The notes: generated by a model from the letters alone, not told the origin. Shown: positions 1 through 9,211, counted from the first letter of the stretch. The stretch: 58,000 nucleotides of DNA from Verrucomicrobiales bacterium (GCA_044239025.1 JBIICE010000002.1:1-58000), one strand, 5' to 3'. Numbers and translations: made by a program.

Positions 1-1145
1 TCGTTTTCCGGCCGATCGAGGTGCCCTTTGCGGGCAAGCTTTTTCTGATGAACAGCGGAGGATCCGCGAAGGAAAAGGATTATCCCTACGGGGCGATGCT
101 GGCCGCGAGGATCAAGGCTCCGGTGGCATTCCTTCTGGGGATTCCGCGGCAGCCCCTTTTCGATGGGAAGAAGGAAGATGCGCTCATTGCGGAAACCTTC
201 GTCCGTTATCTCGAGACGGGCGATGCTTCGTGGCCGCTCCTCTTTCCGATGACCAAGAGTCTGGTGAAGTGCATGGATGCGCTGCAGGAATGCTTCCGCC
301 GGGAGTGGCAGGAGGAGCTGAAGACTTTCATTGTGAGCGGGGCCTCCAAGCGGGGCTGGACGACGTGGCTGACGGCGGCGGCCGACCCGCGGGTGGAGGC
401 CATTGCTCCGATGGTGATCGATACGCTGAACATGCGGGAGCAGCTGCCCCATCAGGTGAAAATGTTCGGCCGGGTGAGTGAGAGCATTCGCGACTACACC
501 GAGCGGGGGTTGGTGCCGATCCCCGACACGGAGGAAGCTAGGCGCCTCTGGGGCTGGGTGGACCCGTTTCTGTACCGCGACAAGTTCACCATGCCCAAGC
601 TGATTGTCTGCGGGACGAATGATCCATACTGGAGCACGGACGCGCTCAACCTCTATTGGGATGGACTGCCTGCCCGGAAATGGATTTCGTATTCACCGAA
701 TGCCGGACACAATCTTGACTGCGATGGCAGTGGTGGCGAACCGAAGGGACCATGGCGGGCCATCAACAGCGTGGCTGCCTTTGTGAGGCATCAGATCACG
801 GGGCAGGCACTTCCGGAGCTGGCATGGCAGCACAGCGAGGCCACGGACGGGCGCCTGCGGCTCACGGTCCAGGCCGAGCCAGCACCGAAACAAGTGATGC
901 TGTGGCGAGCCGTCAGTGAGACCACGGATTTCCGGACGGCTAAATGGACCTCGGAGAAGGTGACGGCGGAGGTGGGTCGCTCCGGGATTCCTGTGGAGCG
1001 GCCAATTTCGGGCCACATTGCCTTCTTTGCCGATGCTGGCTATGAAATTGACGGGATTCCGTTCACGCTCTGCACGCAGATGAGGATCGCAGCGGCCGCC
1101 TCCGGCCATTCTGAAACCATAAACGGGGACAAACCGACGCGATGA
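1..1145 (+). CDS. PhoPQ-activated pathogenicity-related (PqaA-type) alpha/beta-hydrolase family protein; 5' end probably lies left of the window
   Basis: Long ORF (track 21..1145) in a frame that may continue to the window edge. Family-like signatures: VSGASKRGWTTWLTAAADPRV, CGTNDPYW and PNAGH. The stop overlaps the next start (ATGA at 1142-1145). Family call is from motif recognition only. Confidence 0.65.
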   Translation, partial: VFRPIEVPFAGKLFLMNSGGSAKEKDYPYGAMLAARIKAPVAFLLGIPRQPLFDGKKEDALIAETFVRYLETGDASWPLLFPMTKSLVKCMDALQECFRREWQEELKTFIVSGASKRGWTTWLTAAADPRVEAIAPMVIDTLNMREQLPHQVKMFGRVSESIRDYTERGLVPIPDTEEARRLWGWVDPFLYRDKFTMPKLIVCGTNDPYWSTDALNLYWDGLPARKWISYSPNAGHNLDCDGSGGEPKGPWRAINSVAAFVRHQITGQALPELAWQHSEATDGRLRLTVQAEPAPKQVMLWRAVSETTDFRTAKWTSEKVTAEVGRSGIPVERPISGHIAFFADAGYEIDGIPFTLCTQMRIAAAASGHSETINGDKPTR

Positions 1146-3415
1146 AGACAGGAATCATCAGGGCCATGGCCGTGGCCGCCCTCACGGCGTCTCCGGCAGG
1201 AGCGGCCGAACTGCTCGTCGAGGCAGAGTCGTTTGCCGGGCACGGCGGGTGGACCCTCGACACGCAGTTCATCGAGATCATGGGGTCGCCCTATCTGCTG
1301 GCGCATGGACTGGGGCGGCCCGTGGCCGATGCGGAAAGCCGCGTGCGCATTCCGGCGGCGGGACGCTGGCGCGTCTTTGTCCGGACCAAGGACTGGGTTT
1401 CGCCATGGCAGGCTGCAGGAGCCCCGGGCAGGTTTCAGCTGCTCATCGGCGGCAAGCCGCTCGGGCAGGAATTCGGGACTCGGGATGGCTGGCACTGGCA
1501 GCCGGGAGGTTCGGTGGATCTGCCCGAGGGCGAGGTGGCGCTCGCACTGCGCGATCTCACCGGCTTCGACGGTCGCTGTGATGCCATTTATCTGACGAAT
1601 GAAGCTGCCGCGGTGCCGCCGGAAACCGCAGAAGCGCGGCGCAGGCTGCTGGGATGGCCGGCCCGGACACCGGAGTCGGGACCGTACGACCTTGTGGTCT
1701 GCGGCGGTGGCTATGCGGGGATGAGCGGGGCCATCGCGGCGGCCCGTCAGGGGCTTACGGTGGCGCTCATTCAGAATCGTCCCGTACTCGGCGGCAATGG
1801 GTCCAGTGAGATTCAGGTCTGGGCCCAGGGTGGTACGATGCGTGGGCTGTATCCGCACCTCGGAGAGATTACGGAGGAATATGCGGACCGGGCCACGCAT
1901 TCGCCGGGAATTGCCGAGGAATTCGGGGATGCGCGCAAGGAGTCAGCGATCCGTGCCGAGCCGGGAATTTCTCTGTTTCTGAATCACCATGTCATTGCGG
2001 TGGAGCAGGGCGAGCCTCCCTCCGCGGGTCACCGTGTCATCCGCAGCGTGACGGCGCTCGACACCCGGACAGGCCGGGAAACCCGCTTCCGGGGAACGCT
2101 CTTTGCCGACTGCACCGGTCATGGAACGGTCGGTGCGCTTGCGGGGGCCTCGTTCAGCATGCTGGAGAAAGGCCATCTCGGAATGAGCAACATGTGGAGC
2201 TGGAAGCCGTCGGCGTCGCCGACACCTTGGCCGGAAACGCCCTGGGCGCTGGCGCTGACGCCGGGTGATTTTCCTCCCACGCGCCGGGCCGGTGAATCGG
2301 GAGATGCCTTTCACAAGGGAGAGTGGTTCTGGGAGAGCGGTTTTGACCGGCATCCGCTGCGGGATCTGGAACTGGTGCGCGACTGGAATCTCCGGGCGGT
2401 CTACGGGGCGTTTGGCGCCTTGCGGCGGCATGGGAATCCCGGCGCGGAACTGGCATGGGTGGCAGCCATCGGAGGAACCCGGGAGAGCCGGTTGCTCGAG
2501 GGGGACGTGGTGCTGACCGACCGTGACATTGTGGAAAAGCGGCCGTTTCCCGACGGGTGCGTGCCCACCACCTGGGATCTGGACCTGCATTATCCCAAGG
2601 AGCAGTATGCGAAGAAGTTCCCGGACAATCCCTTCATCAGCCGCGCGCATTTCGGCAAGGGAGTGGACCGTGAGAATGGCTATCCGATTCCGTACCGCTG
2701 TCTGTATTCCAAAGACGTGGACAATCTCTTCATGGCGGGCCGCTGCATCAGTGTGACGCATGAGGCGCTCGGCACCGTGCGGGTCATGAGAACCTGCGGC
2801 ATGATGGGCGAGGTGGTGGGCAAGGCCGCGTGGGTGGCCGTGACCCGGGGCACGACCCCGCGGGGCGTCTATCAGAGCCATCTGGAAGAACTGAGGGAAC
2901 TGTGGAAGCAGCCCGGCGGGGCCCGGCGGGCGTCGCTGCAGGCACCGTTGACGGTGCCGGACGGATGGGTGCCGCCGGAGGTGCCGGGGAAGGCGAAAGC
3001 AGGGCTGAGCGCGTCAGCTTTTCCCGGGGTCGTGGTCGATGACGACCGCGCGGAGTTGACGGGTGTCTGGACCCGGGGCGCGGGTCTGCCGGGGTATCTG
3101 GGGACCGGCTACCGCTATGCTGCCGCGGGCAGCGGAGCGACGGCAGTCTTTGCGGCCCGACTGCCGACCGATGGGACCTGGGATGTGCGGCTGCGCTGGG
3201 TTCCTCATGAGAACCGGGCGGACAATGCGGCATGCGAACTGAACGGGCGCCGGATGGTGCTCAATCAGCGCAAAGCTCCGGGACGCCCCGATGGCTTTCA
3301 CAGCATCGGCCCGGTCACTGGAAAGGCGGGCGATACCGTGACCGTGAGGCTTCTGTCGGACGACGCGACAGGGTTTGTGCATGCCGATGCCCTCTGGCTG
3401 GCCCCTGTGCCGTGA
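1142..3415 (+). CDS. Secreted FAD-dependent oxidoreductase (FAD_oxidored-type) flanked by beta-sandwich-like N- and C-terminal modules
   Basis: 757-aa ORF. Signal-peptide-like N-terminus MKTGIIRAMAVAALTASPAGAAE. Dinucleotide-binding motif DLVVCGGGYAGMSGAIAAARQGLTVALIQNRPVLGGNGSSE. Translationally coupled to the upstream gene. Confidence 0.8.
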   Translation: MKTGIIRAMAVAALTASPAGAAELLVEAESFAGHGGWTLDTQFIEIMGSPYLLAHGLGRPVADAESRVRIPAAGRWRVFVRTKDWVSPWQAAGAPGRFQLLIGGKPLGQEFGTRDGWHWQPGGSVDLPEGEVALALRDLTGFDGRCDAIYLTNEAAAVPPETAEARRRLLGWPARTPESGPYDLVVCGGGYAGMSGAIAAARQGLTVALIQNRPVLGGNGSSEIQVWAQGGTMRGLYPHLGEITEEYADRATHSPGIAEEFGDARKESAIRAEPGISLFLNHHVIAVEQGEPPSAGHRVIRSVTALDTRTGRETRFRGTLFADCTGHGTVGALAGASFSMLEKGHLGMSNMWSWKPSASPTPWPETPWALALTPGDFPPTRRAGESGDAFHKGEWFWESGFDRHPLRDLELVRDWNLRAVYGAFGALRRHGNPGAELAWVAAIGGTRESRLLEGDVVLTDRDIVEKRPFPDGCVPTTWDLDLHYPKEQYAKKFPDNPFISRAHFGKGVDRENGYPIPYRCLYSKDVDNLFMAGRCISVTHEALGTVRVMRTCGMMGEVVGKAAWVAVTRGTTPRGVYQSHLEELRELWKQPGGARRASLQAPLTVPDGWVPPEVPGKAKAGLSASAFPGVVVDDDRAELTGVWTRGAGLPGYLGTGYRYAAAGSGATAVFAARLPTDGTWDVRLRWVPHENRADNAACELNGRRMVLNQRKAPGRPDGFHSIGPVTGKAGDTVTVRLLSDDATGFVHADALWLAPVP

Positions 3416-3556
3416 GTGGGTGCTTCATCACCGGAAGGAGACGGGTTCGTCCCGTGGGATGGGCCATTGGTCCCTGGGAAGTGGCGGCGACGACGATGCC
3501 GTGGCAGGATTTGCGCAGGCTGCCGTGCGTTTTTCGCTGCGGCGGTGGCGTCACCA

Positions 3557-4882
3557 ATGAAACCGACCATGCATGACTCAGGGGAACGGATGATTCCGTC
3601 AGCTGGCGCGGTCTCCGGGGCACGGGAGGAAACGCAGGCATCCCTCGCCGGGGAAGAACGGTCTGAGTCCGGGTGGAAACCGTCCCTGGTTTCGGCGGTG
3701 GTGCTTGCGGGGGTCTGGGTGGCGCTGGTCCTGTTTTTTGCGGCCCAGTTTGTGCTTACCGGATCTCTGGAATGGTCCGAGGCCGTTGGCCGGGCGGTGG
3801 TTTTCTGGCGGCCGTGGCTGCTGCTGCTGCCGCTGGTTCTGCTGCTGACGCGCTGGCTGCTGTTCCGGCAGGTGCCCTTTTCGGGAAGTCTGCTGGCGCA
3901 TGCGGCCGGGTGCACTCTTGCCGTGCTGCTGTGTCACGCGGTCACGCCCGACCGACCGCCGCAGCGCTCCCCTGGGGAGCGCGTGCCTGGGCAACCGGGC
4001 CCGCCATCGGATTCCAGTCCACCTCCGGGGCGGGGGCCGGTGCCTGGTCCGCCCGGTCCGCGTGGCGAAAGGCCCGGTCCGCCCCGCGGAATGGCTGGTG
4101 GCAGGCCGGTTGGGGGCAGTGCTTTTACCGGGGGGGCGGGACGTCCGCGGGGGGCTTTCGGCCCGCTAGGGTTCCGGACTGTGATTGATGTGGTCATCTA
4201 CGGCGGGGTGGTCAGTGTCACCTGTGCAGTTGCCTTTCTGCGCCGTTCGCAGCAGCGGGAGCGCCGGGCCCTTGAACTGGAGGCCAGCCTTGCCACCGCG
4301 CGCCTCGACGCGCTGCGTCTGCAGATCAATCCTCACTTTCTGTTCAACACCCTCAACGCAGCTGCCTCCCTGGTCCACAGCCGTCCGGATGCGGCCGATG
4401 AGATGATTTCGAGTCTCAGTGAGCTGCTGCGGGCGTCCCTTCAGGGCACGGGCACTCACGAGATCACGCTGGCCCGGGAGATCGAGCTGCTGCGGCTTTA
4501 CATGGATATTGAACGGACGCGCTTTGGAGAAAGGATTTCCTTCCGCGAGGACATTCCCGGTGAGTTGCTGGGTGCGCTGGTGCCGGCTCTGGTTCTCCAG
4601 CCGCTGGTGGAGAATGCCGTCCGCCATGGGTTGGAACCGCGGCCGGGTCCGGGGGCGGTCACGGTGGCTGCCCGGCGGGAAACCGGTCGGCTCGTGCTTG
4701 CGGTGAGCGACGACGGGGTGGGTTTCTCGGCTGGCTCTGCGGTGCGCGGCAGCGGTATCGGTCTGGCCAATACCCGGGACCGGCTGCGGGCATTGTACGG
4801 CGGCGAGCAGCATCTGCGCATGGAAGCGCTTCCGCCCGGGGGCAGCCGCATTGAGATTTCCCTCCCATGGCACCTTCCCTGA
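3557..4882 (+). CDS. Sensor histidine kinase, LytS/YehU (His_kinase PF06580-type) with multi-TM N-terminus and a Pro/Gly-rich insert
   Basis: H-box region LQINPHFLFNTLNAAASL, N-box LVENAVRHGL, VSDDGVGF, GSGIGLANTRDRL. The track ORF starts at GTG 3416. I prefer ATG 3557 (MKPTMHDSG...) because the upstream residues are Arg/Cys-rich junk, but the start is uncertain. Confidence 0.8.
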   Translation: MKPTMHDSGERMIPSAGAVSGAREETQASLAGEERSESGWKPSLVSAVVLAGVWVALVLFFAAQFVLTGSLEWSEAVGRAVVFWRPWLLLLPLVLLLTRWLLFRQVPFSGSLLAHAAGCTLAVLLCHAVTPDRPPQRSPGERVPGQPGPPSDSSPPPGRGPVPGPPGPRGERPGPPRGMAGGRPVGGSAFTGGAGRPRGAFGPLGFRTVIDVVIYGGVVSVTCAVAFLRRSQQRERRALELEASLATARLDALRLQINPHFLFNTLNAAASLVHSRPDAADEMISSLSELLRASLQGTGTHEITLAREIELLRLYMDIERTRFGERISFREDIPGELLGALVPALVLQPLVENAVRHGLEPRPGPGAVTVAARRETGRLVLAVSDDGVGFSAGSAVRGSGIGLANTRDRLRALYGGEQHLRMEALPPGGSRIEISLPWHLP

Positions 4883-5634
4883 ATCTCCGAGCCGTCATTG
4901 CCGATGACGAACCACCGGCGCGCGAGCGCATCCGTCACCTGCTGCGCAGCCATCCCGATGTCGAGGTGGTAGCTGAGTGTGCGGATGGCAACGAGGCCGT
5001 GGCTGCCGTGCGGGAACATCGTCCCGACCTGATGTTTCTGGACATTCAGATGCCGGGCCGCGACGGATTCGGGGTGCTGGAGGTCCTGCCTAAGGAGGAC
5101 TGGCCGGTGGTCATTTTCATGACGGCATGGGATCAGCATGCCGTCCGGGCATTCGAGGCGCAGGCGCTCGATTATCTTCTGAAGCCCTGTCGGCCGGCGA
5201 GGTTCGCGGAAGCTCTGCAGCGGGCGCGGGACCTGATGGCGCGCCGGGATTCCGGTCAGGAAGCACGCCGTCTCATGGAATTGCTGGCGCAGCGGAATCA
5301 GCGTCATCTGGCGAGACTTCCGGTGAAGTCGGGCGACCGCATTTCCTTTGTGCGTGCTGCCGACATTGAGTGCATCGAGAGTGCGGGCAATTACGTGGTG
5401 GTGCATGCCGGGGGCAGGGAGCACGTGCTGCGGGAGACGCTCAGCGAGCTGGAATCGCAGCTTGACCCGGCTCACTTTCTGCGGGTGAGCCGCGGAGCCA
5501 TCGTGAATCTGGAGCATGTGCGGGAACTGCAGCCGCTTTTCAAAGGGGAGCACGTGGTCGTGCTGCGGAGCGGTCGCAGTGTGCCGATGACGCGGGGGAT
5601 CCGGGAAGTGGAGCGCGCGCTGCGTTTCAGCTGA
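4867..5634 (+). CDS. LytR/AlgR-family response regulator (receiver + LytTR DNA-binding domain)
   Basis: VIADDEPPARERI and LMFLDIQMPGRDGF (receiver Asp pocket). C-terminal LytTR-like segment RISFVRAADIECIESAGNYVVVHAGG. Overlaps the kinase stop by 16 nt, a typical two-component operon arrangement. Confidence 0.9.
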   Translation: MAPSLNLRAVIADDEPPARERIRHLLRSHPDVEVVAECADGNEAVAAVREHRPDLMFLDIQMPGRDGFGVLEVLPKEDWPVVIFMTAWDQHAVRAFEAQALDYLLKPCRPARFAEALQRARDLMARRDSGQEARRLMELLAQRNQRHLARLPVKSGDRISFVRAADIECIESAGNYVVVHAGGREHVLRETLSELESQLDPAHFLRVSRGAIVNLEHVRELQPLFKGEHVVVLRSGRSVPMTRGIREVERALRFS

Positions 5635-5738
5635 GAGGTACCGCGCTTCCGCAGCCACGAGAGGTTGATTTCCGGGGTTGGTGCTGGCATGGCACAGTGG
5701 TGGGCATCCGACTGCTGATGATCGCACGCTGAAGATTC

Positions 5739-7025
5739 ATGAAACACGAGATTTCTGTCGGGAGAGCGGGGCCGGCTGGCGCGGGCATGGCGGCTGCGGT
5801 GCAGACCTGTGTGCACTGCGGTTTCTGCCTGCCGGCCTGTCCCACCTATCAGGTCATGGGGCAGGAAATGGATACGCCGCGAGGGCGCATCCTGCTCATG
5901 AAGGACGTGCTGGAAGGGTCCTTGCCGCTGGAGGAGGCGCTTCCCCATACCGACCGGTGTCTGGGGTGTCTGGCGTGCGAGACGGCCTGTCCCAGCGGGG
6001 TGAAGTACCGGGATCTGATCAGTCCCTTCCGGGAGTGGACGGCGGGACGGCGGGAAAGATCTGTGATGGAGCGTCTGCGCCGCTGGGTGCTGCTGCGCAC
6101 CCTCCCGTATCCGGAACGGTTCCGGGCCGCCGCAAGGCTGGGCATCCTGAGTCGTCCGCTCCATGCACTCGTGCCGGGTGCTTTCCGTCCGATGCTGGAT
6201 CTGCTGCCGGCTAGCCTGCCGGGTGCGGGGAGACTGGCTGCGCAGTACCCGGCGCAGGGGCAGCGGAGAGGCAGAGTGGCGCTCCTTGCGGGCTGCGCGC
6301 AGCAGGTGCTGGCTCCTGGCATCAATGAAGCGACCATCGCGGTGTTCACGGCTGCCGGTGTGGAAGTGGTCGTGCCGCGGGAGCAGGGTTGCTGCGGGGC
6401 CCTCGCGTGGCACGTGGGGGCCGGAGAGGAGGCCCGCGAGTCCGCCCGGAGGAATCTGCGGGCCTTCCCGCGGGATGTGGATGCCATTGTCACGAATGCT
6501 GCCGGCTGCGGCTCGGGAATGCACGAGTACCCCCTGATGCTCAGGGGATGTGCGGAGGAGGCCGAGGCCGAGGCCTTTGCGCACCGTGTGGTGGACGTCT
6601 CCGTATACCTTGACCGCATCGGACTACCGGGGATTCCGGAGGTGAAATCCCCTGTGCGCATCGCGTATCATGACGCGTGTCACCTGAGTCATGCCCAAGG
6701 TGTCCGGGGAGCGCCGCGCCGCCTGCTCGGGGCGATCCCGGGCGTCACGGTCTGCGAGATTCCCGATGGTGATATCTGCTGCGGCAGCGCGGGGACCTAC
6801 AACATTGATCAGCCGGAGACGGCCCGGGAACTTGGCCGGCGCAAGGCGGAGGCCATCCTTGCGACGGGGGCACCCCTTGTGGCGCTGGGCAACATCGGCT
6901 GTCTTTCCCAGATTCAATCGCATCTGCGTGGATTCCGGGGAGCACCCGCGGTCCATCATACCATGGAGATTCTCGCACTGGCGGTGAAGGGTCTGCTGGA
7001 TCGGGCGGGAAGGCCTGCGGTCTGA
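5739..7025 (+). CDS. glcF: (Fe-S)-binding protein, glycolate oxidase iron-sulfur subunit GlcF-like
   Basis: Two 4Fe-4S ferredoxin motifs (CVHCGFCLPACPTY and CLGCLACETACPSGV) followed by two CCG-type Cys-rich segments (GCCGALAW, ICCGSAGTYN). No glcD/glcE neighbour in the window. Start could also be Met17 (5787). Confidence 0.8.
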   Translation: MKHEISVGRAGPAGAGMAAAVQTCVHCGFCLPACPTYQVMGQEMDTPRGRILLMKDVLEGSLPLEEALPHTDRCLGCLACETACPSGVKYRDLISPFREWTAGRRERSVMERLRRWVLLRTLPYPERFRAAARLGILSRPLHALVPGAFRPMLDLLPASLPGAGRLAAQYPAQGQRRGRVALLAGCAQQVLAPGINEATIAVFTAAGVEVVVPREQGCCGALAWHVGAGEEARESARRNLRAFPRDVDAIVTNAAGCGSGMHEYPLMLRGCAEEAEAEAFAHRVVDVSVYLDRIGLPGIPEVKSPVRIAYHDACHLSHAQGVRGAPRRLLGAIPGVTVCEIPDGDICCGSAGTYNIDQPETARELGRRKAEAILATGAPLVALGNIGCLSQIQSHLRGFRGAPAVHHTMEILALAVKGLLDRAGRPAV

Positions 7026-7105
7026 GGTTTGTCATCACGGTGCGCCCATCGGACGGCCTGCTGCTTGCCCTTTTCATCCACAAAGATTTGTGCCAACATA
7101 CGGCC

Positions 7106-8029
7106 ATGCGCTTCATTTCATGTCTCTGCTTCATGCTCTTTCCCTGCGGGTGGGTCTACGCCGAGGAGAAGCCACGCAAGCTTGAGCCCCGTTGTCTGGC
7201 GATTGAACCGATTGCGCTCCGTTCCAGTGTGTCCCGGACCATTCCCGGTTCCAGGGTCACGGCGATTGTTCCGGCCCGTGAGGAGGAACTGGGCATTGCG
7301 CATCTCACCGCCGAGGAATTCGAAGAGGCGGGCTACACCTGGGCAGAATATCAGGAAGAGGGAGAGGCGGCTGCGGCGCGGTTGCTGGAAACGATCAACT
7401 CCGTCGTCGAGAGGGATCCCAAAGGCAAAGCGATCAGAGCGACGCTGCGTTCCGAGAGTCATCTGACGGCTTCGGTTTTCCTCTGCAAGCAGTTCTACGC
7501 GCGGTTCAGCAAGATCTTCGGGGAACATCTCGTCGTGCTCATCCCAGATCACTTCACGGTCTACATCTTCCCGCGCGCCGCGCCAGACTTTCAGAAGTAT
7601 GGGCGGAAGGTTATGGAGGAATACCGCAAAGCGATCTGGCCCTGCAGCCAGGAGGCCTTTGAGGTGGGTCCAGTGGGTATCCGTTGTCTGGGGACCTTCG
7701 ACGATGGATCCGTCGAACCGCTGACCCCCTTGCCTCCCGGGTCTGCTGAGAGCATGCCGATGACGAAGCAGGACTCGCCGAAAGCGGTTCCGGCGGAGAG
7801 CAGGAAGGCTTCAGTGGAGAAGAAGCCGGAGACCGACGGAACAGAAAAGCCGAAAGCGGTTCCTGAGCCTAAGCCATCGGCAACGCTCGGCAAACAACCT
7901 CCGGCGAAGGCGACCGGCAGCGGGTCTCGCGCGGGTGGGTCGGATTCGATTCCGTTGCCGCCGGCCGAACTGCTGCCGCAAGGTGGCAGAAAACAGGGGA
8001 ATTCCCTTGTGCCAGTCAGGAAGCGTTGA
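7106..8029 (+). CDS. Hypothetical secreted protein with Lys/Pro/Glu-rich C-terminal tail
   Basis: ORF 7040..8029. ATG 7106 gives a signal-peptide-like start, MRFISCLCFMLFPCGWVYAEE. Globular middle, then a low-complexity tail containing a 15-bp direct repeat GCCGAAAGCGGTTCC (about 7776 and 7848). No family recognised. Confidence 0.55.
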   Translation: MRFISCLCFMLFPCGWVYAEEKPRKLEPRCLAIEPIALRSSVSRTIPGSRVTAIVPAREEELGIAHLTAEEFEEAGYTWAEYQEEGEAAAARLLETINSVVERDPKGKAIRATLRSESHLTASVFLCKQFYARFSKIFGEHLVVLIPDHFTVYIFPRAAPDFQKYGRKVMEEYRKAIWPCSQEAFEVGPVGIRCLGTFDDGSVEPLTPLPPGSAESMPMTKQDSPKAVPAESRKASVEKKPETDGTEKPKAVPEPKPSATLGKQPPAKATGSGSRAGGSDSIPLPPAELLPQGGRKQGNSLVPVRKR

Positions 8030-8302
8030 TGATTTGCATCCCTGAGAAATCAGCTTCGACCAAAATGGGGAACCATCACGCGAGGGTGCGGGCAACGGCC
8101 ACCGGTCCGCAGTTTCGTATGGTAAATGTTGATGATCAGTCGATCATGGATGGCCGAAGTCGGGGTGGGCTGAGGCCGTCCTTCGGAGTGCCATGAATGG
8201 CAACGGCGGGAACGGTGCGACACGCTATCGTTTCTGAGAAAAGTTCCCGCATGATAACGAAAACAGTCGCAATTCCGTCACTTCGTGTTACAGTCTCTGG
8301 AT

Positions 8303-8620
8303 ATGGCTACTCCAAAACGAACAAGGTTTTCCCGCCGCCTGCCTGACCATGTGACCGATGAACTGGTGGCTGCGCTCATGAAGAAGAAAATCTACGAGTT
8401 CAACGACCTGTTTGAAGCTGTATACGAAAACCTGAAGTTGCGGAATGCGGTGAGCGGAGGTGAGGAAATGCTCCGTCTGCGGGCCTATGAGAAGCTTCAG
8501 AATCTGGTGTCCCGGGGGATGGTCGAGAAGAACGGCAAGCAGTATCGGGGTCTGGAGAAGATCAAGGATGCGATTGCACCGCCTCCCGTTCCTGTGGCTC
8601 CTGTGGCTGCCGTGAAGTAG
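8303..8620 (+). CDS. Small basic hypothetical protein (about 105 aa), possibly winged-helix-like
   Basis: ORF 8285..8620, ATG at 8303 (MATPKRTRF...). Visibly lower GC and Lys-rich compared with its neighbours. Preceded by about 270 bp of non-coding DNA and followed by a hairpin plus T-run. The helix-turn-wing-like stretch LRLRAYEKLQNLVSRGMVEKNGKQYRGL is my impression only. Confidence 0.6.
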   Translation: MATPKRTRFSRRLPDHVTDELVAALMKKKIYEFNDLFEAVYENLKLRNAVSGGEEMLRLRAYEKLQNLVSRGMVEKNGKQYRGLEKIKDAIAPPPVPVAPVAAVK

Positions 8621-8650
8621 GACTGAGGTCTTTGTTTTCAGAAATTCCGA

Positions 8651-8683
8651 CCCCGGCTGGTGACCCCGGCCGGGGTTTCTTTT
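8651..8683 (+). terminator. Rho-independent terminator candidate after the small basic protein gene
   Basis: CCCCGGC (8651-8657) pairs with GCCGGGG (8669-8675) and is followed by TTTCTTTT (8676-8683). An overlapping perfect palindrome ACCCCGGCCGGGGT is also present. Confidence 0.5.
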
Positions 8684-8692
8684 GAACGACTC

Positions 8693-9211
8693 GTGAAGCA
8701 CGGCGCTGTGGGTGGCGGGGTCTTTCTGAGGGCGGCACGATGGAGTCCGACCATCCGCCTGATCACTTTCGGCTGCGGGGTGGCAGCGGTGGCAGCCGTG
8801 GCGGCAGCGGTGGCTGGGATCGCGGTTTTCCGGTGGGTGGGGGCGGCGATGGTGGTCGCGCTGGCTACCTGTGCCCTGTCTGCTGTGCGGGGCTATACGG
8901 TTTCTTCACGCGAGGTAGTGACGCATCGGTTGCTCTGGAACTGGCGACTGCCACTTGCGGGCTTGCGGTCGGTGCAGGCGGATCCGTGTGCGATGGACGG
9001 GAGCATTCGCCTTTGCGGGGTTGGGGGCTGTTTTTCGTGGAGTGGACTTTACTGGAACCGTCGTCTGGGGCGCTTCTGGGCCGCAGTAACGGATCCGGGT
9101 AAGGCGGTGGTGCTGCGGTGGGACCGGAAGGTGGTGGTGATTTCTCCCGGTGAGCCGGAGCTTCTGGTGGCGGTGGTGAGCCTCGAGAGGGCTGAGGACG
9201 GGGGCGGCTGA
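8693..9211 (+). CDS. Membrane protein with bacterial PH (bPH)-like C-terminal domain
   Basis: ORF 8660..9211. Two hydrophobic helices (IRLITFGCGVAAVAAVAAAVAGIAVF and GAAMVVALATCALSAV) followed by a beta-rich domain (GYTVSSREVVTHRLLWNWRLPLAGLRSV ... VVLRWDRKVVVISP) typical of small bPH membrane proteins. There is no in-frame ATG near the start. GTG 8660 would overlap the terminator hairpin, so I chose GTG 8693. Start uncertain. Confidence 0.5.
   Translation: MKHGAVGGGVFLRAARWSPTIRLITFGCGVAAVAAVAAAVAGIAVFRWVGAAMVVALATCALSAVRGYTVSSREVVTHRLLWNWRLPLAGLRSVQADPCAMDGSIRLCGVGGCFSWSGLYWNRRLGRFWAAVTDPGKAVVLRWDRKVVVISPGEPELLVAVVSLERAEDGGG

Noticed and set aside
8065-8343. A short ORF (ATG 8065) that reads through an in-frame TGA at about 8191 into a second open stretch, considered as a selenoprotein candidate because selB is nearby.
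   Set aside because: No Cys/Sec redox motif lies around the TGA. There is no convincing SECIS-like hairpin immediately downstream. The continuation overlaps the better-supported small basic protein gene in another frame.
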